64,000 bases of DNA, taken from contig JAMQPK010000235.1 in the NCBI GenBank assembly GCA_023717525.1, forward strand, positions 28,427 through 92,426, read 5' to 3'. The number at the start of each line of letters is the position of its first letter. Within the stretch, counting starts at the first letter, position 1. Below are positions 57,769 to 64,000 of this stretch, one piece after another. This stretch comes from Vicinamibacterales bacterium (GTDB lineage: Bacteria; Acidobacteriota; Vicinamibacteria; Vicinamibacterales; JAMQPK01). A program made the translations under genes and the position numbers. Below the pieces are notes generated by a model that ran no database searches, had not been told where the DNA came from, and saw only the letters and a program-made list of their open reading frames with translations.

Positions 57769-59016
57769 CTACACTGTGCCCTGATGCCGAGGTGAAATCG
57801 CCCGTTTCATTGTACTCGTAAAGCGAGGCCCGATAGCTACTCGCATAGCCCGTCCGGCGAGCGCCCACTGCCGTGTCCCGAGGAGCCTCCGGCGCAGTCC
57901 ACGGTAGGGCTGGACACCCCCGACCAGGTCGACGAACACTCGGCGGATGGCCTGGCTCTCCTGGAGCGCGTCCACGAGGAGCGACGAGAACGCCGGCGTA
58001 AAGAACATCGCGCCCAGCGCCGCGGCACGAACCAGCTCCGGACGAATTTCGGCGTCGAGCCGTCGCTGGTAGGCGAGTGGAGCATCGGCTGGTGAACGGG
58101 ACGTCAGCGCGTCGGCGGCCCATTGTCCCGAAAGCAACGCGTAGTAGATCCCCTCGCGCGTGAGCGGATCGACTAACCCCGCCGCGTCACCAAGCAGCAT
58201 CCAGCCGCGGCCAGCGGAGCGATTCCCGTCGCTGGACTTGTACCCAATGCTGGGAATTGGCCATGCGTACGGTTCCAGGCGCCCGTCTCGATCGAGATCG
58301 TGGGATCGAATCCACGCCCGAGACTGTTGCCGCAAATCGGTAGAGGTGGTTCGTTCAGTGGCAGGCGCGCAGATTCCGATGGCAAGGTGATCGGGCCTGG
58401 GAAACGACCAGAGATATCCAGGCTGTCGCATCATGGATTTGATGTCGATGGCGGTCGATGTGGCGCCGTGCACGAAGAAACCAGCGGCGACAGAGAGCTG
58501 CTGCCGCGAGAACGGGACGGAAAATGTTTTCCGCACGAGACTGTTCGCGCCGTCGGCGCCGAGCACGACGGTGGCCTGGTGCTCGGTGCGGTTGGTGCTC
58601 ACGAGGGCGGAGGCGCCGGAATCGATGAGGCGCACGCCGGTCACCTTCTCCGCAATCAGCCGCGCACCCGCATGCAATGCCGCATCGACGAGAGCGCGGT
58701 CGAATACCGCCCGGCTGAGCACAACGAGCGAACTCGCCGGGGTGGCACCGCGATCAATCAAGGGCACTGCGGCGGCGGCCCCGTGCGGACCCGGCGGTTC
58801 CACATTCGCGGACTTTACGACGACGGCCGGCAGCGCCGCGATGTCGACGACGTCCGAAACCAGGGCGAGGGCTCGGCCGGTCAGCCCGCCGCCGCATGGT
58901 TTCTCTCTCGGATGCGTCGGATCGAACAGAGAAACCGCGACCCCGGCGCGTGCCAATCGCACGGCCGCCATGGCACCCGCAGGTCCGGCCCCGACAATGG
59001 CAACTGAGAACGCCAA
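57769..59016 (-). CDS. geranylgeranyl-reductase-family FAD-dependent oxidoreductase
   Basis: N-terminal [14 protein letters not shown] dinucleotide motif followed by ...EKPCGGGLT..., and [19 protein letters not shown] later. Confidence 0.82.
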   Translation of the reverse strand: MAFSVAIVGAGPAGAMAAVRLARAGVAVSLFDPTHPREKPCGGGLTGRALALVSDVVDIAALPAVVVKSANVEPPGPHGAAAAVPLIDRGATPASSLVVLSRAVFDRALVDAALHAGARLIAEKVTGVRLIDSGASALVSTNRTEHQATVVLGADGANSLVRKTFSVPFSRQQLSVAAGFFVHGATSTAIDIKSMMRQPGYLWSFPRPDHLAIGICAPATERTTSTDLRQQSRAWIRSHDLDRDGRLEPYAWPIPSIGYKSSDGNRSAGRGWMLLGDAAGLVDPLTREGIYYALLSGQWAADALTSRSPADAPLAYQRRLDAEIRPELVRAAALGAMFFTPAFSSLLVDALQESQAIRRVFVDLVGGVQPYRGLRRRLLGTRQWALAGRAMRVAIGPRFTSTMKRAISPRHQGTV

Positions 59017-59038
59017 ACTGTTATAGATTACTGTAGCG

Positions 59039-59548
59039 ATGTCGCATCCACTCGTGATGGCGCTTTTTCCCGATTCAGGTGCAGCAGCGGCAGCCGCGCA
59101 CGACGTGCAGTCGAGGGGGGTCGCACCGGAGGATTTGTCGGTCGTGGCGGCCAGTCATCGCGAAGAAGGAGAGATCGCCCAGCAGATTGGCGGGAGTCCG
59201 GGGACGGAGATCGAAGATTCGCCTGCCGCCGGGCGGCTTGGCGAGCTGAGCGGATACATTCTTGCGGCGATTGCGATCGGCTTCCCAGGGACGGGGACCC
59301 TCGTGGCGGCTGGCCCGCTGGCGGCTGAATTGGCCGAAGCCGCCGGGCATGCGGCGGGAGATTTGAAGGCGACGCTCGAGGGCGCCGGGTTGTCGGCGGT
59401 CGAGGCTGAGCAGTGGCAGTCGAAGATTCGGGCGGGCGCCGTGCTTATCGGTGTTCACGCACGCGCCGTGAGCGGCGCGGATATCGAGTCCGCCCTCGTG
59501 CGCCACGGTGGCGGAAAGGTGATTCACACCGAGTGGAAAGACAACTGA
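59039..59548 (+). CDS. hypothetical protein with YflT / general-stress-protein-17M-like N-terminal domain
   Basis: LVMALFPDSGAAAAAAHDVQSRGVAPEDLSVVAAS resembles the YflT-type domain, followed by a Gly/Ala-rich hydrophobic segment. Call is tentative. Confidence 0.45.
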   Translation: MSHPLVMALFPDSGAAAAAAHDVQSRGVAPEDLSVVAASHREEGEIAQQIGGSPGTEIEDSPAAGRLGELSGYILAAIAIGFPGTGTLVAAGPLAAELAEAAGHAAGDLKATLEGAGLSAVEAEQWQSKIRAGAVLIGVHARAVSGADIESALVRHGGGKVIHTEWKDN

Positions 59549-59581
59549 ACGGACGCTGAGCGCGCTGGGGGCAAAACGACT

Positions 59582-60040
59582 ATGACGACAGAGGTCGATG
59601 CGGGGCGATTTACCGTCGGGGTATTTCAGGACATCGAGTGGGCGGTGCGAGGTGTCGAAGCGCTGAAGAAGCAGGGGCTCGCCGTCGAATCCTTGTCCAT
59701 TCTCGGAAAGGCATCGCCCGCGCTCGCGGCGTTCATCGAGCGTGAGCTTGGGATGCCACAGTCGTTTGACATCCATGGGATTGGCGCCGTTGTCGCGCGT
59801 GGACCCCTCGTCGCCGCGCTGCAAGGCAGCGATCAGGGGCTGCTGAAGCTGGGCGTCTCTGGGACGATGCGCCGCGTCGGGTTTCAGACGCACGATGGCC
59901 GAATTTTCGATGCGTTGACGGCGCGCGGAGGCGTGTTGGTGGCTATTCACAGTGAGCCGCGCGCAGCTGATGCGTTGGCGGTTTTGCACTCATACGGCGG
60001 CGGAAACGCGGCAATCGGAGCGTGGACGGGGCGGGTCTAG
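59582..60040 (+). CDS. hypothetical protein, second YflT-like domain protein
   Basis: FTVGVFQDIEWAVRGVEALKKQGLAVESLSILGKAS has the same domain pattern as the previous gene. Tentative. Confidence 0.45.
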   Translation: MTTEVDAGRFTVGVFQDIEWAVRGVEALKKQGLAVESLSILGKASPALAAFIERELGMPQSFDIHGIGAVVARGPLVAALQGSDQGLLKLGVSGTMRRVGFQTHDGRIFDALTARGGVLVAIHSEPRAADALAVLHSYGGGNAAIGAWTGRV

Positions 60041-60066
60041 GCAGTGTCGTCTGCGGGTGACAAACC

Positions 60067-60106
60067 GATGAACCCCGGAACACTGGAACACCTAGTACAT
60101 TAGAGC
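60067..60106. repeat. degenerate 8-bp periodic array (GGAACA/TAGTAC words, CTAGAACC-family relative)
   Basis: gatgaacc ccggaaca ctggaaca cctagtac attagagc. One-armed and weaker than the other loci. Confidence 0.45.
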
Positions 60107-60122
60107 TTTGGGGCGCTTTTCT

Positions 60123-60138
60123 TGGCTTCGGTTTTGCA
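60123..60138 (+). promoter_or_regulatory. candidate sigma-54 (-24/-12) promoter upstream of the TonB-like gene
   Basis: TGGCTT-CGGTT-TTGCA fits TGGCAC-N5-TTGCW with GG and GC at the correct spacing. About 53 nt upstream of ATG 60191. Confidence 0.35.
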
Positions 60139-60190
60139 CCTTGCACCCTTCATGTATGGGGCGCAAAATACTCTTGAGACTTCTCATCGC

Positions 60191-61048
60191 ATGAGCGACC
60201 TCCGTCCCAACGCCCCACCCGAAACGCGGTTCCTCTTCGAGCAGTCGCAGAAGAGGTCAGTGGAAGCTCTGGGTGTGTCGCTGGCCATTCATGCGGCATT
60301 CTTTGGCTTGGCGATCTGGATTGCGCTGCATCCTGCCACCCGGTCTTCGACGCCCTCACTACTCCACGACACGCTCAACAAGGACATCGTCTGGCTTGAT
60401 ATGCCGGGCCCAGGTGGTGGCGGTGGAGGTGGCGGGAACAAGTCGCCGGACCCGCCGCAAATCGCGAAGCTCGAAGGGAAAGACAAGATTACGGTTCCGG
60501 TTGTGAAGCCACCGGATTTGCAGAATCCGAATGAAAAGAAGCCGGAAGAGAATCCGATTCAAAACCTGAATATTCCAGCCGAGACATTGTCGGCGGCGAA
60601 TCAGGTGCTGGCGGGTGCGATGGAAGGCATTCCGACGTCCGACTCGCTCGGGTTGGGCACAGGCGGTGGTGCAGGAACGGGATCTGGAACGGGAATCGGA
60701 TCGGGTCGCGGCTCTGGTCTGGGCGAGGGATGGGGTGGCGGCACGGGTGGCGGAGCATACAGGCCCGGCAACGGTGTCGACAGCCCGGTTCCGATCTCGC
60801 AGCCGAAACCGCAATACACGTCCCAGGCAATGCGGGCGAAGATTCAGGGGACGGTGCTGCTCGAGTGCATCGTGACGCCGGACGGTACCGTCGGGCCGGT
60901 GCGCGTGCTGCGGTCCCTCGATCCGACGTTCGGCCTCGATCAGGAAGCGATCAAAGCCGCACGGTCGTGGCGCTTCAAGCCAGGCATGCGCAAGGGAGAG
61001 GCCGTGGCCGTGCTCGTGACCATCGAGATGGCGTTTACACTGCGATAG
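60191..61048 (+). CDS. energy transducer TonB-family protein with Gly-rich linkers
   Basis: Start set to ATG 60191 (MSDLRPN...). TM ALGVSLAIHAAFFGLAIWIAL. C-terminal TonB domain (PQYTSQAMRAKIQGTVLLECIVTPDGTV...AIKAARSWRFKPG). ORF-track start 60122 is an alternative. Confidence 0.82.
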   Translation: MSDLRPNAPPETRFLFEQSQKRSVEALGVSLAIHAAFFGLAIWIALHPATRSSTPSLLHDTLNKDIVWLDMPGPGGGGGGGGNKSPDPPQIAKLEGKDKITVPVVKPPDLQNPNEKKPEENPIQNLNIPAETLSAANQVLAGAMEGIPTSDSLGLGTGGGAGTGSGTGIGSGRGSGLGEGWGGGTGGGAYRPGNGVDSPVPISQPKPQYTSQAMRAKIQGTVLLECIVTPDGTVGPVRVLRSLDPTFGLDQEAIKAARSWRFKPGMRKGEAVAVLVTIEMAFTLR

Positions 61049-61184
61049 AGAAACTAGAAATTGGAGACTATGAACTAGAAAGTAAGTGGAAAGCAGATAC
61101 AGAAAAGGCCCGGTGGGTTAAACCCAGCCGGGCCTTTTCACTTTCGAACTTACTTTCCAGTTTCTACTTCTTAGTTTCTAGTTG
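61049..61184. repeat. 8-bp periodic AT-rich inverted arms flanking a GC-rich terminator stem
   Basis: Left arm agaaacta gaaattgg agactatg aactagaa agtaagtg gaaag... Right arm ctttcgaacttactttccagtttctacttcttagtttctagtt is its approximate reverse complement (GAAAGTAAGT / ACTTACTTTC). Confidence 0.75.
61103..61138. terminator. bidirectional rho-independent terminator between the TonB-like gene and groEL
   Basis: AAAAGGCCCGGTGGGTT-AA-ACCCAGCCGGGCCTTTT: a GC stem with one bulge, an A-run on one side and a T-run on the other. Confidence 0.75.
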
Positions 61185-61187
61185 CCC

Positions 61188-63168
<1,981 letters not shown>

Positions 63169-63236
63169 GTGTCGCTCCAACTGAGTGAGTAAAAGTGGTT
63201 AGTTCTTCCGGGTTGCGAGGACGTCCTCTGACCGGT

Positions 63237-63263
63237 TTAGCACTCGCCCTACAAGACTGCTAA
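63237..63263 (-). promoter_or_regulatory. CIRCE operator (HrcA binding site) upstream of groES-groEL
   Basis: TTAGCACTC-N9-GACTGCTAA versus consensus TTAGCACTC-N9-GAGTGCTAA (one mismatch). Lies 69-95 nt upstream of the groES ATG. Confidence 0.85.
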
Positions 63264-63318
63264 TGTAGTCAAAGCGTGGAAATTCGTCAAGAGGGGGGCA
63301 ATCGACGATTGGGGGACA

Positions 63319-63396
63319 GGTGATATGGCGATTTGATTGGGCGATTTGATTGAGCATTTCCTATCACCCAATCACCTATCCCGAAATCGCCAATCT
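63319..63396. repeat. 7-bp-word inverted array with a perfect 13-bp tandem duplication (GATTG/CAATC family)
   Basis: GGCGATTTGATTG occurs twice in tandem (63327-63339, 63340-63352). Complementary words on the right: TATCACC, CCCAATCA, CGAAATCGCC, CAATC. Confidence 0.75.
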
Positions 63397-63606
63397 TCAG
63401 GGTCTTCGCTTTATCCGGTGTTCGGCGAGTTTCCTGCTGAGGGTGTTGCGATGAATGCCCAGGACGTCGGCGGCTTTGGACAAGTTGCCGTCCGATTCCG
63501 CGAGCACTCTCGAGATGAAGCGGCGCTCGAACTCCCGGCTCGCGTCGGCGAAGCGGATCCCTTTCACGACCATCTCCTCGATCAGGCGTTCGAGACGTTC
63601 GTTCAC
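63397..63606 (-). CDS. small Fis-type helix-turn-helix DNA-binding protein
   Basis: The C-terminus GNLSKAADVLGIHRNTLSRKLAEH is a Fis/NtrC-type HTH. 69 aa. Begins 3 nt after the purC stop. Confidence 0.8.
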   Translation of the reverse strand: MNERLERLIEEMVVKGIRFADASREFERRFISRVLAESDGNLSKAADVLGIHRNTLSRKLAEHRIKRRP

Positions 63607-63608
63607 CG

Positions 63609-64000
63609 CTATTCCAATTCCAGCCCGCTCAGGAGCTGGAAGGCCTGGATGTACTTCTCCCTCGTCTTCTGGATGACGTCGTCCGGAAGGCCTGGAACGG
63701 GCGGGTGCTTGTTCCAGCGGATCGATTCGAGGTAGTCGCGAACGAACTGCTTGTCGAAGCTCGGTTGGGGACCACCAGGAACATAGAGATCGCGCGGCCA
63801 GAAGCGCGAGGAGTCGGGGGTGAGCGCCTCATCGATGAGGATGATCTCACCCTTGTCGGCGCCGGCGGTCACCCGTCCGAACTCGAATTTCGTGTCGGCG
63901 ACGATGATGCCCCGATGTTCGGCGTGTGCCGCACCGCGTGAATACAAGCGAAGGGTGAGCTGACGAAGCCGCGCGATCGTCTTGGCGCCGACGATGCGGC
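63609..64000 (-). CDS. purC: phosphoribosylaminoimidazole-succinocarboxamide synthase (SAICAR synthetase), 5' end beyond the window
   Basis: GIIVADTKFEFG, LIDEALTPDSSRFW and FDKQFVRDYL motifs. The frame stays open to nt 64000 (checked by hand). Confidence 0.92.
   Translation of the reverse strand, partial: RIVGAKTIARLRQLTLRLYSRGAAHAEHRGIIVADTKFEFGRVTAGADKGEIILIDEALTPDSSRFWPRDLYVPGGPQPSFDKQFVRDYLESIRWNKHPPVPGLPDDVIQKTREKYIQAFQLLSGLELE

Overview
Visibly GC-rich, tightly packed chromosomal segment with about 62 protein genes, one tRNA and no rRNA, from a Gram-negative-type bacterium. Many secreted beta-propellers, a DUF1080 protein, a giant sigma-54 activator and Gly/Arg-rich envelope proteins make an Acidobacteriota-like soil organism plausible, but that is inference only. 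Core genes: proBAC, folK, ispH, gatB, ftsEX, rnr, tatA, groES-groEL with a CIRCE operator, purC (partial) and tRNA-Leu(UAA). Accessory and envelope genes: two tandem PQQ-dehydrogenase paralogues; a MacAB-type and an RND/TolC-type tripartite efflux operon; a tesA-ybbA-ybbP-like module; a Gfo/Idh/MocA + TIM-barrel + cupin sugar operon next to two PQQ-like propellers and a DUF1080 protein; an AAC(3)-I-like acetyltransferase beside the tRNA; an ECF sigma/anti-sigma pair translationally coupled to ispH; and a TPR-GAF sigma-54 activator followed by a PilZ gene. I found no transposase, integrase, CRISPR array, restriction/defence or toxin-antitoxin genes, so I cannot point to a protein-coding 'new system'. 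The most unusual unexplained signal is non-coding. At least 12 intergenic spacers are filled with AT-rich tandem arrays of 7-8 bp words in four word families. The arrays usually form long imperfect hairpins, some sit inside operons, and some run directly into start codons. One family occurs as three near-identical ~58-nt copies, two of which are inverted around a low-GC mini-cassette. A second recurrent oddity is Gly/Arg-rich low-complexity insertions in periplasmic and envelope proteins. All family names come from by-eye motif recognition and memory; no searches or folding programs were run.
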